Shown one piece after another: positions 1 through 10,278 of a DNA stretch of 32,000 bases. This DNA is from Vibrio alginolyticus NBRC 15630 = ATCC 17749 (GTDB lineage: Bacteria > Pseudomonadota > Gammaproteobacteria > Enterobacterales > Vibrionaceae): the NCBI RefSeq assembly GCF_000354175.2, contig NC_022349.1, positions 2,010,001 to 2,042,000 of the forward strand. Direction: 5' to 3'. Numbering within the stretch: the first letter of the stretch is position 1; each line of letters begins with the position of its first letter. A program made the translations under genes and the position numbers. The notes under the pieces were generated by a model. The model did no database searches, was not told the DNA's origin, and was given only the letters and a program-made list of their open reading frames with translations.

Positions 1-200
1 GCTTCATGCGCAATTCGGCCATCTTTACTTAACCCTTCCAAAAACTCAATCAAGCGGTTAGTGGTTTTTCCTGCAGCAGAGACGACCACAAGATCATTTT
101 CTGTCGAATACTCCTTGAGAATACCCACAACGCGTAAGTAGCATTCTGGGTTTGCTAAGCTACTGCCACCAAACTTATGCAGCTGACGTTGTACAGTCAT
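1..200 (-). CDS. metL: Bifunctional aspartokinase II / homoserine dehydrogenase II, N-terminal fragment (gene runs off the left edge)
   Basis: Minus-strand ATG at 198-200 with an AGGAGA SD upstream. Translation MTVQRQLHKFGGSSLANPECYLRVVGILKEY...VVVSAAGKTTNRLIEF matches the recalled E. coli MetL N-terminus (RQLHKFGGSSLAD..CYLRVAGI..VVSAAG.TTN). It lies 15 nt downstream of metB, as in a metBL operon. Confidence 0.85.
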   Translation of the reverse strand, partial: MTVQRQLHKFGGSSLANPECYLRVVGILKEYSTENDLVVVSAAGKTTNRLIEFLEGLSKDGRIAHE

Positions 201-215
201 TGTTATCGTCTCCTA

Positions 216-1376
216 TTACTGGGTAGCTTTAGCGAACGCTTGTTCTAAATCTGTGATGAGGTCTTGTGCATCTTCCAAACCGACAGACAAACGCAATAGT
301 TGATGAGAGACCCCAGCCTCCGCCAGCGCCTCCTCACCCATTGCACGGTGCGTCATGGATGCTGGGTGGCAAATCAAACTTTCTACACCACCTAATGATT
401 CAGCTAATGAAAACAGTTGGAGCTCTTTCACAAACACCTTTAACTGCTCAAACGAACCAGCAAACTCAAAACTCAACATAGAGCCAAAGCCCGTTTGCTG
501 CTTTTTAGCGATGTCATGACCTGGATGTTCCGGCAGGCTTGGATGATAGATAGTTTTAACTAACGCTTGTTTTTGTAGGTAAGCCAGTACCTGCTGTGAG
601 CTCTCTTCATGTACTTTCATACGAGCACCAAGCGTACGAATACCTCGCAGTGTCATGTAACTATCGAAAGGTGTGCCCGTTGCACCAATACAATTGCCCC
701 ACCATGCAAGCTCTTCTGCATGCGCTTCTGTGTTGGTGATGATTACCCCACCAATTACGTCCGAATGACCGTTGATGTACTTTGTTGTGGAGTGGATAAC
801 AAAATCCGCACCTAGCTCTAAAGGTTTTTGGTACACGGGTGTCAAAAAGGTATTGTCCACCGCAACTAACGCGCCGACTTGTTTCGCTTTTTCACAGGTA
901 GCTGCAATATCCACTACGCGAACCAGAGGGTTTGACGGAGTTTCTAGCAAAATGAGTTTTGGTTTTTGTGCCAATGCAGCATCTAAAGCCTGTTCGTCTG
1001 ATTGATCGACAAACTGAACCTTAAAATCGCCTTTGCTAGCTCGGGTATTAAAAAGACGATAGGTGCCGCCATAACAATCGTGAGGAGCAATAATGAGATC
1101 ATCTGGGCCGAGAAAAGCGGAAACCCATAAATTTAATGCCGACGTACCGCAGTTAGTAACAACCGCTCCTTTTCCAGACTCAAGTTCAGATAGTGCACTT
1201 TCCAACAGTCCGCGGTTTGGATTACCAGATCGTGTGTAATCATACTTGGGCACTTCACCAAAAGCAGGAAAACCATAGTTAGTGGAAAGATAAATAGGTG
1301 GAACGACAGCATGATATTGGCTGTCTGATTCAATACCAGTGCGTACTGCAATGGTCGCAGGTTTGCGAGTGCTCAT
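216..1376 (-). CDS. metB: Cystathionine gamma-synthase (O-succinylhomoserine lyase), PLP-dependent
   Basis: 386-aa ORF of the Cys/Met-metabolism PLP family, with PLP-lysine motif HSTTKYINGHSD. It is divergent from metJ and directly upstream of metL. Confidence 0.9.
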   Translation of the reverse strand: MSTRKPATIAVRTGIESDSQYHAVVPPIYLSTNYGFPAFGEVPKYDYTRSGNPNRGLLESALSELESGKGAVVTNCGTSALNLWVSAFLGPDDLIIAPHDCYGGTYRLFNTRASKGDFKVQFVDQSDEQALDAALAQKPKLILLETPSNPLVRVVDIAATCEKAKQVGALVAVDNTFLTPVYQKPLELGADFVIHSTTKYINGHSDVIGGVIITNTEAHAEELAWWGNCIGATGTPFDSYMTLRGIRTLGARMKVHEESSQQVLAYLQKQALVKTIYHPSLPEHPGHDIAKKQQTGFGSMLSFEFAGSFEQLKVFVKELQLFSLAESLGGVESLICHPASMTHRAMGEEALAEAGVSHQLLRLSVGLEDAQDLITDLEQAFAKATQ

Positions 1377-1494
1377 GGGTGTATCCTTTCACGGGTAATG
1401 ACTTCTAAATAGGAATGCGCTATATCTAATGAGTAACATAAAGTGATCAACACGCTTCCTTTGCTGTTATGTTCACTTTACTCGTCAAAAAATG

Positions 1495-1526
1495 AGACGT
1501 CAACACTTCTAGACGTCTATATGTCT
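1495..1526. promoter_or_regulatory. MetJ operator: four tandem 8-bp met boxes in the metB/metJ divergent region
   Basis: AGACGTCA ACACTTCT AGACGTCT ATATGTCT read directly at 1495-1526. The consensus met box is AGACGTCT, and tandem arrays of this kind are the known MetJ operator architecture between metJ and metBL in E. coli. Confidence 0.75.
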
Positions 1527-1601
1527 TTGCTTATGGCGGTAAATGCAGCTAAAATCAGCACCTAAATTATTTTTAACCGATTACATAAATGAAGGTGTGC
1601 A

Positions 1602-1922
1602 ATGGCTGACTGGAATGGCGAATACATTAGCCCATATGCAGAGCACGGCAAAAAAAGCGAACAAGTAAAAAAAATTACCGTCTCTATCCCGCTAAAAGTT
1701 TTAAAGGTGCTAACTGATGAGCGTACTCGCCGTCAGATCAATAACTTACGCCATGCAACCAATAGCGAATTGCTATGCGAGGCATTTTTGCACGCGTACA
1801 CAGGTCAGCCACTTCCGACAGATGAAGACCTTCGTAAAGACCGTCCTGATGATATTCCAACAGAAGTAAAAGCGCTGATGACGGAAATGGGCATCGAATT
1901 TGAGTCATTCGACGAAGAATAA
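1602..1922 (+). CDS. metJ: Methionine repressor MetJ
   Basis: 106-aa [75 protein letters not shown], near-identical in layout to recalled E. coli MetJ (ribbon-helix-helix). Confidence 0.95.
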   Translation: MADWNGEYISPYAEHGKKSEQVKKITVSIPLKVLKVLTDERTRRQINNLRHATNSELLCEAFLHAYTGQPLPTDEDLRKDRPDDIPTEVKALMTEMGIEFESFDEE

Positions 1923-1980
1923 AAAAGCCTGATAAGAGGTTTCAGGTAATAACTCTTGCCTCGAGCCAAATGAATGACAT

Positions 1981-2012
1981 AAAAAATGGGACGCAATAGC
2001 GTCCCATTTTTT
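1981..2012. terminator. Bidirectional rho-independent terminator between convergent metJ and the malic enzyme gene
   Basis: AAAAAA-TGGGACGC-aata-GCGTCCCA-TTTTTT: a perfect 8-bp GC-rich stem flanked by an A-run and a T-run. Confidence 0.7.
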
Positions 2013-2035
2013 GTGTATCACATCTGAAAGATATA

Positions 2036-3313
2036 TTACTCTGCCATGTAGTTTTCAGGCATCTCGATACGAGCTACACCTGAATTAACCGCCGCCTGAG
2101 CAACCGCTTTTGCAACACGTGGTAGCAAACGTGAATCCATTGGTTTTGGAATAATATAGTCCGCACCAAACTCTAGCTTATCAACACCTGCAGCCTTCAA
2201 TACGGCTTCAGGTACAGGCTCTTTTGCTAGCTCACGAATCGCCTCAACGGCTGCAAGTTTCATTTCATCATTGATTTCACTTGCACGCACATCAAGAGCA
2301 CCGCGGAAAATAAATGGGAAACACAATACGTTGTTAACTTGGTTAGGATAATCACTACGGCCAGTACCCATGATCAAGTCATCACGAACTGCGTGAGCAA
2401 GTTCCGGCTTGATTTCAGGATCCGGGTTAGAACATGCGAATACGATTGGCTTATCTGCCATCAACTTCAACGCTTCCGCTGGCAATAGGTTTGGACCAGA
2501 TACACCTAGGAACAGATCTGCACCTTCAATCACGTCTTCTAGTGTGCGCTTATCTGTATTGTTCGCAAATAGCTGCTTATATTCATTAAGATCATCACGA
2601 CGAGTGTGAATCACACCTTTGCGATCTAGCATGTAGATTTTTTCGCGCATTGCGCCGCATTTGATCAGAAGCTCCATACACGCTACAGCGGCAGCGCCAG
2701 CGCCAAGACAAACAATTGTTGAATCTTCAAGTTTCTTACCTTGAAGTTCGATTGCATTCAGCATACCCGCTGCCGTTACAATAGCAGTACCATGTTGATC
2801 ATCGTGGAATACTGGTACATCACAACGTTCAATCAGACGCTTTTCAATCTCAAAACAGTCTGGTGCTTTAATATCTTCAAGGTTAATACCGCCAAAAGTG
2901 TCTGCAATGCTCGCAACAGTATCAACAAATTCATCGATCGTGCGGTGCTTAACTTCAATATCAATAGAGTCAAGACCTGCAAAACGCTTAAACAGTAACG
3001 CTTTACCTTCCATCACTGGCTTAGATGCAAGTGGACCTAGGTTACCTAGACCTAGAATAGCGGTACCGTTAGAAATAACAGCAACCATGTTCCCTTTTGC
3101 AGTGTACTTGTACACGTTATCCGGGTTTTGTGCGATTTCACGCACTGGCTCTGCAACTCCTGGGCTGTATGCAAGGGCAAGATCACCCGCCGTTTCCGCA
3201 GGCTTTGTCAGTTCGACAGCAATCTTTCCTGGAGTTGGATAAGCATGGTAATCCAATGCTTTTTGGCGATGTTCTTCTTCTGGAGTGGCTGCTTGGTGGT
3301 TGTCTTCAGACAT
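2036..3313 (-). CDS. NAD(P)-dependent malic enzyme, short form (malic plus NAD-binding domains only, no C-terminal PTA-like domain)
   Basis: 425-aa ORF with typical MaeB-type N-terminal half motifs ([49 protein letters not shown]). It ends at about 425 aa, whereas E. coli MaeB is about 759 aa as I recall. Confidence 0.88.
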   Translation of the reverse strand: MSEDNHQAATPEEEHRQKALDYHAYPTPGKIAVELTKPAETAGDLALAYSPGVAEPVREIAQNPDNVYKYTAKGNMVAVISNGTAILGLGNLGPLASKPVMEGKALLFKRFAGLDSIDIEVKHRTIDEFVDTVASIADTFGGINLEDIKAPDCFEIEKRLIERCDVPVFHDDQHGTAIVTAAGMLNAIELQGKKLEDSTIVCLGAGAAAVACMELLIKCGAMREKIYMLDRKGVIHTRRDDLNEYKQLFANNTDKRTLEDVIEGADLFLGVSGPNLLPAEALKLMADKPIVFACSNPDPEIKPELAHAVRDDLIMGTGRSDYPNQVNNVLCFPFIFRGALDVRASEINDEMKLAAVEAIRELAKEPVPEAVLKAAGVDKLEFGADYIIPKPMDSRLLPRVAKAVAQAAVNSGVARIEMPENYMAE

Positions 3314-3519
3314 GGACGTTTCTCTTTTTTATTTTTAGGTAAGGGGGCATAAATTCTATCGGATAGAAATCAAACTTCATAGGCAAGATTGCGAGCAATA
3401 TCCTTAAAAAGCCGATAATAAAAGAGATTAGACCAGATAACGGGGTTAAGCACCCGATTTTCGAGTCAGGTGCTCTTTCTTATTACTATTATTGGAGTAT
3501 GCAAACTTAGATAGTATCG

Positions 3520-3996
3520 TTACTCTTCGTCCACGTATTGCGCTTGGAGATAATTCTCAATACCAGACATTTCAATCAAGCCAAGTTGCGTCTCTAGCCA
3601 ATCAACATGTTCTTCTTCATCTTCAAGAATGTCTTGGAATAAATCTCGAGACACATAATCTCGAATGTCTTCAGCGTAAGCAATCGCATCTTTTAAATCT
3701 GGAATAGCCGCCATTTCAAGCTTTAAGTCACACTCGAGCATTTCCTTGGTATCTTCACCAATCATCAACTTACCTAAATCTTGTAGGTTCGGTAAGCCTT
3801 CAAGGAACAAAATACGCTCAATTAGATGATCGGCATGTTTCATCTCATCGATAGATTCGTGATATTCCTTGTCTGCTAGGTGCTTTAAGCCCCAGTCTTT
3901 ATACATTCGGGCATGAAGAAAATACTGATTAATAGCGACGAGCTCGTTACCGAGCACTTTATTGAGATGTTGAATGATGATTGGATCGCCTTTCAT
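3520..3996 (-). CDS. bfr: Bacterioferritin
   Basis: The ORF-track start at 4065 is rejected. ATG at 3994-3996 has a GAGGAGG SD and gives a 158-aa protein, [37 protein letters not shown]...[31 protein letters not shown], colinear with recalled E. coli Bfr (158 aa). Confidence 0.92.
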   Translation of the reverse strand: MKGDPIIIQHLNKVLGNELVAINQYFLHARMYKDWGLKHLADKEYHESIDEMKHADHLIERILFLEGLPNLQDLGKLMIGEDTKEMLECDLKLEMAAIPDLKDAIAYAEDIRDYVSRDLFQDILEDEEEHVDWLETQLGLIEMSGIENYLQAQYVDEE

Positions 3997-4089
3997 GACA
4001 AAACCCTCCTCTTTGGCTTCATTTAAATGTAGAAGCAAATGAGAAGGTGTCAAAATGTAAGGCAAATAATTACTGCATACTTACAGCAA

Positions 4090-4278
4090 TTAGCTGGCTT
4101 GTTTAAATTCCGTGTAACTAGTTTCCGCTAAAATTTCCTTGGCCTGTCTGATGCACTTACCACATTGGCTGCCCAATGCCGTGCACTTTTTGATTCCTTT
4201 AATATCTGTTACGCCTTCATCTATCGCCAACTTCCTGATTTTTTTGTCGGAGACACCATGGCAAAGACAAACGTACAT
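4090..4278 (-). CDS. bfd: Bacterioferritin-associated ferredoxin ([2Fe-2S])
   Basis: Start moved to ATG 4276-4278. The 62-aa protein MYVCLCHGVSDKKIRKL...GSQCGKCIRQAKEIL carries the C-x-C...C-x-x-C pattern and begins like recalled E. coli Bfd (MYVCLCNGISDKKIR). It lies directly upstream of bfr. Confidence 0.88.
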   Translation of the reverse strand: MYVCLCHGVSDKKIRKLAIDEGVTDIKGIKKCTALGSQCGKCIRQAKEILAETSYTEFKQAS

Positions 4279-4525
4279 ACTCAAAAAACCTATAAAACTA
4301 ATCTGTGACAAACAATATAAACAAGAATAGTTCTTGTTACCAGTCGCATTATGGTGTCCGCTCAGAATATTTGGTTATAACGATTTTACCGCTGCAGGAA
4401 AAGATCAAAGGGTTAAGAGGGGTGAGTAAAAGCGTTAAGAAATAAAGTCGGTAAAACTCTGTTTTTAAATCGAAAAAGTGACGTCTTTTATTTCAACACT
4501 TATAACTAAATGTAATCTAGAAATG

Positions 4526-4552
4526 AAAAAGGGAAGCCTAAGCTTCCCTTTT
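4526..4552 (-). terminator. Rho-independent terminator ending the str operon (after tufA)
   Basis: GGGAAGC-ctaa-GCTTCCC flanked by AAAAA and TTTT. On the minus strand the stem is followed by UUUUU, 58 nt downstream of the tufA stop. Confidence 0.7.
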
Positions 4553-4609
4553 CGATGCGCTTTCTTCAAAAAGAAGAACAGTGCAAGATTTCGTTTAATT
4601 CGTTATGAA

Positions 4610-5794
4610 TTAGTCGAAGATCTTAGCAACAACACCAGCACCTACTGTACGGCCACCTTCACGGATCGCGAAACGTAGACCTTCGTCCATTGCGATTGGT
4701 GCGATTAGCTCTACAGTCATCTGTACGTTGTCGCCTGGCATTACCATTTCTACGCCGTCTGGTAGCTGGATGTCACCAGTTACGTCAGTTGTACGGAAGT
4801 AGAATTGTGGACGGTAGCCTTTGAAGAATGGAGTGTGACGACCACCTTCATCTTTAGACAGTACGTATACTTCTGATTCGAACTTAGTGTGTGGAGTGAT
4901 TGAACCAGGCTTAGCTAGTACTTGACCACGTTCAACTTCGTCACGCTTAGTACCACGTAGAAGTGCACCAACGTTCTCACCTGCACGGCCTTCGTCTAGA
5001 AGCTTACGGAACATCTCAACACCAGTACATGTAGTTGTAGTAGTGTCTTTGATACCTACGATAGCAACTTCGTCACCTACAGTTAGGATACCACGCTCGA
5101 TACGGCCAGTTACTACTGTACCACGACCTTGGATTGAGAATACGTCTTCGATAGGCATTAGGAATGGCTGATCTACCGCACGCTCTGGCTCAGGGATGTA
5201 AGTATCTAGAGCTTCTGCTAGTTCAACGATTTTCGCTTCCCACTGCTCTTCGCCGTTTAGTGCGCCTAGTGCAGAACCTTGGATAACTGGTAGGTCATCA
5301 CCTGGGAAATCGTATTCAGATAGAAGTTCACGAACTTCCATTTCTACTAGTTCTAGTAGCTCTTCATCGTCAACCATGTCACATTTGTTCATGAATACGA
5401 TGATGTATGGGATACCAACCTGACGGCCTAGTAGGATGTGCTCACGAGTTTGTGGCATTGGGCCATCTGTCGCAGCAACAACTAGGATACCACCGTCCAT
5501 CTGTGCAGCACCAGTGATCATGTTTTTAACATAGTCAGCGTGTCCTGGACAGTCAACGTGTGCGTAGTGGCGTGATGGAGTGTCGTACTCAACGTGAGAA
5601 GTTGCGATTGTGATACCGCGCTCACGCTCTTCTGGAGCGTTATCGATAGATGCGAAGTCTTTAGCTACACCGCCGTAAACTTTAGCAAGAGTAGTACAGA
5701 TAGCTGCAGTTAGAGTTGTTTTACCGTGGTCAACGTGGCCGATAGTACCAACGTTAACGTGCGGTTTCGTACGTTCAAATTTTTCTTTAGACAC
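4610..5794 (-). CDS. tufA: Elongation factor Tu
   Basis: 394 aa with a GTG start, as in E. coli tufA. Motifs [14 protein letters not shown] and NKCD are present. Last gene of rpsL-rpsG-fusA-tufA. Confidence 0.97.
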   Translation of the reverse strand: MSKEKFERTKPHVNVGTIGHVDHGKTTLTAAICTTLAKVYGGVAKDFASIDNAPEERERGITIATSHVEYDTPSRHYAHVDCPGHADYVKNMITGAAQMDGGILVVAATDGPMPQTREHILLGRQVGIPYIIVFMNKCDMVDDEELLELVEMEVRELLSEYDFPGDDLPVIQGSALGALNGEEQWEAKIVELAEALDTYIPEPERAVDQPFLMPIEDVFSIQGRGTVVTGRIERGILTVGDEVAIVGIKDTTTTTCTGVEMFRKLLDEGRAGENVGALLRGTKRDEVERGQVLAKPGSITPHTKFESEVYVLSKDEGGRHTPFFKGYRPQFYFRTTDVTGDIQLPDGVEMVMPGDNVQMTVELIAPIAMDEGLRFAIREGGRTVGAGVVAKIFD

Positions 5795-5947
5795 GATCGT
5801 GTTCCTTCCTAGTTATGATTCGTCGTGATCATTATTGATCGACGACGCGCCAGAAATTGTTATTTTATGCGCCAACGCCCGTTAGCGCAATATTTGGACG
5901 CCCTGATCTCGCAAAAAGTCGTAAACTTTTTGCAGTTCAATCGTCAA

Positions 5948-8047
5948 TTAGTAACCACGCTCTGCAATAATTTTATCTGCGAAGTTTTTCGGCACTTCAG
6001 CGTACTCGTGAAACTCCATAGAGTAAGACGCACGGCCTTGAGTTGCAGAACGTAGATCAGTTGCGTAACCGAACATTTCGGATAGTGGTACTTGAGCACG
6101 GATGATCTTAAGACCAGCCACACCTTCGTCCATGCCTTCAATGATACCGCGACGACGGTTTAGGTCACCAACAACGTCACCCATCCAGTCTTCCGGAGTG
6201 GTTACTTCGACATTCATCATAGGTTCTAGAATCACAGGTTGTGCTTCTAGTGCACCTTTCTTGAATGCCATCGAGCCAGCGATCTTAAACGCCATCTCGC
6301 TTGAGTCTACATCGTGGTAAGAACCATCAAATAGTGTAGCTTTAATATCTAGTACAGGGTAACCCGCTAGAACACCACTATTCATTTGCTCTTCGATACC
6401 TTTCGATACCGAGCTGATGTATTCCTTAGGAATCACACCGCCCACGATTTCGTCTACGAATACGAAACCTTCACCAGGCTCAGAAGGCTCAAGTTTGACC
6501 CAAACATGACCGTATTGACCACGACCACCTGATTGACGAACAAACTTACCTTCAACTTCCGCTTTACCACGAATGGTTTCACGGTAAGCAACCTGAGGTT
6601 TACCAACGTTACAATCAACGCTGAATTCACGCTTCATACGATCAACGATAATGTCTAGGTGAAGTTCACCCATACCTGAGATCAGAGTCTGACCTGATTC
6701 GTCGTCCGTTTCCACGCGGAATGATGGATCTTCCGCGGCTAGTTTACCTAGCGCGATAGCCATTTTCTCTTGGTCTGCCTTAGAACGAGGCTCTACAGCA
6801 ATCTGAATAACTGGTTCAGGGAACTCCATGCGTTCTAGAATCACTTTGTGGTTCTGATCACACAGTGTGTCACCTGTTGTTACGTCTTTCAGACCGATAG
6901 CAGCTGCAATATCACCAGCGCGAACTTCTTTCACTTCTTCACGCTTATTCGCATGCATCTGAACGATACGACCAAAACGCTCTTTCTTCTCTTTTACTGA
7001 GTTGTAAACAGCGTCACCCGAGTTTACAACACCGGAGTAAACACGCATGAAAGTTAGCGTGCCCACGAATGGGTCAGTCGCAATCTTAAACGCTAGCGCT
7101 GAGAAAGGTTCGTTGTCGTCAGCATGACGCTCAACTTCATTTTCTCTTTCGTCGACACCTTTAATTGCAGGTACGTCAACAGGCGATGGCAAGAACTCAA
7201 CTACTGCATCCAGTACCGCTTGAACACCTTTGTTCTTAAACGCACTACCACAAGTAGCCAGTACGATTTCGTTATTTAGTGTGCGAGTACGTAGAGCTTG
7301 TTTGAGCTCAGCTTCAGTCAATTCACCTTCTTCAAGATACTTGTCCATCAGCTCTTCGCTAGCTTCAGCAGCGGATTCAACCATGTGGTTGCGCCACTCT
7401 TCAGCAAGTTCAATCATGTCAGCTGGGATGTCTTCGTAAGTAAACGAAGTGCCTTGATCGGCATCATTCCAGTTGATCATTTTCATCTTGATAAGGTCGA
7501 TGACACCTCTGAACTCATCTTCCGCACCAACGTTCAGCTGGATTGGAACAGGAGTCGCACCAAGACGATTCTTAATTTGGTTCACAACGCGTAGGAAGTC
7601 TGCGCCCGCACGGTCCATCTTGTTTACAAATACCAAACGTGGAACGTGGTATTTGTCTGCTTGACGCCATACAGTTTCAGACTGAGGTTCAACACCAGAT
7701 GAGCCACAGAACACAACCACAGCACCATCAAGTACACGAAGAGAACGCTCTACTTCGATAGTAAAGTCAACGTGTCCAGGGGTATCAATGATGTTTACGC
7801 GATGCTCAGGGAACTGTGCTTCCATACCACGCCAGAATGTAGTAGTCGCAGCGGATGTGATAGTGATACCACGCTCCTGCTCCTGCTCCATCCAGTCCAT
7901 GGTTGCTGCACCATCGTGAACTTCGCCGATTTTGTGAGAAAGGCCAGTGTAGAACAGAATACGCTCAGTTGTGGTTGTTTTTCCTGCATCTACGTGAGCA
8001 CAGATACCGATATTACGGTATAGCTCAATAGGAGTTTTACGAGCCAC
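5948..8047 (-). CDS. fusA: Elongation factor G
   Basis: 699 aa with a GTG start (cac at 8045-8047). Motifs [14 protein letters not shown] and NKMD are present. str operon context. Confidence 0.97.
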   Translation of the reverse strand: MARKTPIELYRNIGICAHVDAGKTTTTERILFYTGLSHKIGEVHDGAATMDWMEQEQERGITITSAATTTFWRGMEAQFPEHRVNIIDTPGHVDFTIEVERSLRVLDGAVVVFCGSSGVEPQSETVWRQADKYHVPRLVFVNKMDRAGADFLRVVNQIKNRLGATPVPIQLNVGAEDEFRGVIDLIKMKMINWNDADQGTSFTYEDIPADMIELAEEWRNHMVESAAEASEELMDKYLEEGELTEAELKQALRTRTLNNEIVLATCGSAFKNKGVQAVLDAVVEFLPSPVDVPAIKGVDERENEVERHADDNEPFSALAFKIATDPFVGTLTFMRVYSGVVNSGDAVYNSVKEKKERFGRIVQMHANKREEVKEVRAGDIAAAIGLKDVTTGDTLCDQNHKVILERMEFPEPVIQIAVEPRSKADQEKMAIALGKLAAEDPSFRVETDDESGQTLISGMGELHLDIIVDRMKREFSVDCNVGKPQVAYRETIRGKAEVEGKFVRQSGGRGQYGHVWVKLEPSEPGEGFVFVDEIVGGVIPKEYISSVSKGIEEQMNSGVLAGYPVLDIKATLFDGSYHDVDSSEMAFKIAGSMAFKKGALEAQPVILEPMMNVEVTTPEDWMGDVVGDLNRRRGIIEGMDEGVAGLKIIRAQVPLSEMFGYATDLRSATQGRASYSMEFHEYAEVPKNFADKIIAERGY

Positions 8048-8085
8048 GATTGTATCCTCTTACTAAGGTGTACCTTAGAGTATAG

Positions 8086-8114
8086 AAAAGTGCTGCGAGA
8101 GAACCTCGCAGCAC
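8086..8114 (-). other. Terminator-like stem-loop in the rpsG-fusA spacer (10-bp GC-rich stem plus UUUU)
   Basis: GTGCTGCGAG (8090-8099) pairs perfectly with CTCGCAGCAC (8105-8114), with a 5-nt loop. On the minus strand it starts 9 nt after the rpsG stop and is followed by UUUU. The function is not established. Confidence 0.4.
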
Positions 8115-8122
8115 AGAAGGTA

Positions 8123-8593
8123 TTACCAACGGTAATGAGCGAACGCTTTGTTTGCGTCAGCCATGCGGTGAACGTCTTCACGTTTCTTAACCGCAGTACC
8201 TTTGTTCTCAGACGCGTCTAGCATTTCAGCAGCTAGGCGTTGAGCCATAGATTTTTCACCACGCTTGCGCGCAGCTTCAACCAACCAACGCATAGCAAGT
8301 GCGTTACGGCGAACCGGACGTACTTCTACAGGTACTTGGTAAGTTGAACCACCAACACGGCGAGATTTAACCTCTACCGCTGGGCGAACGTTTTCAAGAG
8401 CTTCTTCAAAAATAGCTAAGTGGTCTTTACCAGACTTTTCAGCCATAGCATCTAGTGCAGTGTAAACGATTTTCTCTGCAGTAGATTTTTTACCGTCAAC
8501 CATTAGGATGTTAACGAATTTTGCCAGCAATTCAGATTTGAATTTTGGATCTGGAAGGATCTTACGCTGACCAATGACGCGACGACGTGGCAT
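8123..8593 (-). CDS. rpsG: 30S ribosomal protein S7
   Basis: 156 aa, [18 protein letters not shown]...; the sequence and operon position are canonical. Confidence 0.97.
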   Translation of the reverse strand: MPRRRVIGQRKILPDPKFKSELLAKFVNILMVDGKKSTAEKIVYTALDAMAEKSGKDHLAIFEEALENVRPAVEVKSRRVGGSTYQVPVEVRPVRRNALAMRWLVEAARKRGEKSMAQRLAAEMLDASENKGTAVKKREDVHRMADANKAFAHYRW

Positions 8594-8694
8594 GGATTTA
8601 TCTCCGTTGTCTTCTTCAGGTTTTATCCAAAACTTTTCAGTTTTTTCAAAAAATTAAAAATAATTTAGTGTTTGGCCTTACTTAACGGAATCCA
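8594..8694 (-). promoter_or_regulatory. rpsL-rpsG intercistronic leader, probable S7 translational autoregulation site
   Basis: The minus-strand spacer contains AAGGCCAAAC...AGTTTTGGATAAAACCTGAAGAAGACAACGGAGATAAATCC-ATG. This resembles the E. coli S12-S7 spacer as I recall it (AAGGCCAAACG...AGTTTTGGACAATCCTGAATTAACAACGGAGTATTTCC-ATG), which is the known S7 binding target. Confidence 0.45.
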
Positions 8695-9072
<378 letters not shown>

Positions 9073-9147
9073 CTAGCTCCTGATTTACTTGAAAGTAAGC
9101 TTTGTGAAAAATCTATCCCCAACTGCCAATGCAGTTAGGGACGCAAA

Positions 9148-9176
9148 ATTCTATGCAGCAGTGAGAGGTGTGTCAA
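9148..9176 (-). promoter_or_regulatory. Probable sigma70 promoter of the str operon
   Basis: On the minus strand: TTGACA (9171-9176), a 17-nt spacer, then TAGAAT (9148-9153), with an A/T-rich UP-like tract upstream. It lies about 80 nt upstream of the rpsL ATG. Confidence 0.55.
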
Positions 9177-9246
9177 GAAATATACGGATCTTTTTTGTTC
9201 AATTAGAACAATTCATCCGTAAAGCTTTGTCGACAGCAAATCTTGT

Positions 9247-9522
9247 TCAATCCCAAGTTAGGGATTTATCCTGTTTTGCTGTTAGTTCAACGAAGCCTGA
9301 GTAATTCACAATCGTCAGCGATGGACTGATACGATTTGCAATACCGCGAGCTTGCGCATCGCTCTCTAACACAAATACGCTGCGGTTTTTTAGATGGGAA
9401 AATGCTTTATGTTGCGAGTTAGCAGCGTACACTGCATCTTCTATAAGTAAGATGTCATCCTGTTCACTGCATAAGGGCATGGCGTCTTCTAGAGCAGAGA
9501 CTGTTTTTATGATGTGTAACAT
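9247..9522 (-). CDS. tusB: Sulfurtransferase complex subunit TusB (tRNA 2-thiouridine synthesis)
   Basis: 91-aa DsrH-like ORF, 7 nt after tusC. The position between tusC and rpsL is as in E. coli. Confidence 0.85.
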   Translation of the reverse strand: MLHIIKTVSALEDAMPLCSEQDDILLIEDAVYAANSQHKAFSHLKNRSVFVLESDAQARGIANRISPSLTIVNYSGFVELTAKQDKSLTWD

Positions 9523-9529
9523 AACTTCC

Positions 9530-9886
9530 TCAAAAAGACAGTAGCTTGCCAGCGTGTTGTAACTTATCTTTGAGCTGTTCTAAGCTTAACGCTTGGGCTT
9601 CAATGACTAAATCCGCTTGCGCCAAACCTCGCTGGGTTAACGACTCTGAACACACAAAGACTTGTTCGATGTCGTATAAATCGAAAAGCTTTAACATCGG
9701 CGCGTAATCTTTACTCAAAATATTGTTGGGGTCTTGCCCGAGTAGAAGCTGGTATACCCCGTCACCCATGAAAATGACGCTGATATCTTCACAGTAAGCC
9801 GACGCGGCTAACAGTGCATCCACACCTTCACGACCAGCTGCACAGCCATGTGGCGCACTACGAAATAGATAAGTTAACTGACTCAA
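9530..9886 (-). CDS. tusC: Sulfurtransferase complex subunit TusC
   Basis: 118 aa with a TTG start overlapping the tusD stop (TTGA). [27 protein letters not shown] aligns with recalled E. coli TusC ([27 protein letters not shown]). Confidence 0.9.
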   Translation of the reverse strand: MSQLTYLFRSAPHGCAAGREGVDALLAASAYCEDISVIFMGDGVYQLLLGQDPNNILSKDYAPMLKLFDLYDIEQVFVCSESLTQRGLAQADLVIEAQALSLEQLKDKLQHAGKLLSF

Positions 9887-10278
9887 AACTGTACCACTCT
9901 GTCTTGGGTTAACATCGCTTCAGCTAGGCTACCTAAGCCTGCTTGTTCAAAACCATCGGCTAGATTGTTCTGAACCAAACCATGTTGATTCGCTTCTTCT
10001 TCACTTACAATCCCGCGACGCAAAGCGGCCGCGACACAAGTTTCTAGGCGAACACCATGCTCTTTAGCCAAAGACTGCCACGCCTTATTGAGATCAAATT
10101 CATCGTTAGCTGGCACACTCAAAGCAGTACCATTAGTCACACCATCTTGATAAAAGAAGACGCTCACTAGCTGATGGCCTTGCTCTATCACCGCTTTGGC
10201 GAACTGATAAGCACTGCGCGCTGACTGGCTGCCATAAACGGGACCATTCACCACTAACGTGTAAGTCAGTTTGCTCAC
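9883..10278 (-). CDS. tusD: Sulfurtransferase TusD
   Basis: 131-aa DsrE-family ORF with a GTG start overlapping the yheO stop (GTGA). Confidence 0.9.
   Translation of the reverse strand: MSKLTYTLVVNGPVYGSQSARSAYQFAKAVIEQGHQLVSVFFYQDGVTNGTALSVPANDEFDLNKAWQSLAKEHGVRLETCVAAALRRGIVSEEEANQHGLVQNNLADGFEQAGLGSLAEAMLTQDRVVQF

Noticed and set aside
3449-3474. Hairpin AGCACC...GGTGCT downstream of bfr, considered as the bfr terminator.
   Set aside because: It has only a 6-bp stem with a 14-nt loop, and no U-run follows it on the bfr (minus) strand. That is not good enough to annotate.
4279-4400. Fur box upstream of bfd.
   Set aside because: The best alignment to GATAATGATAATCATTATC is about 9/19, below what I would accept. 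The palindrome there is reported separately as an operator of unknown specificity.
4478-4678. 66-aa plus-strand ORF spanning the tufA terminator and the 3' end of tufA.
   Set aside because: It crosses a strong terminator hairpin and overlaps tufA antisense. There is no SD. It is almost certainly spurious.
5869-5933. Two hairpins in the 153-nt fusA-tufA spacer (GCGCCAACG..CGTTAGCGC and GCAAAAAGT-cgtaa-ACTTTTTGC), considered as regulatory RNA.
   Set aside because: The stems are AU-rich or mismatched with very small loops, and neither is followed by a U-run. The spacer is expected to hold the internal tufA promoter. There is not enough here to call a feature.
9089-9304. 71-aa plus-strand ORF over the str promoter/leader and the tusB 3' end.
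   Set aside because: It is antisense to a strong promoter and the rpsL leader, and it has no RBS.
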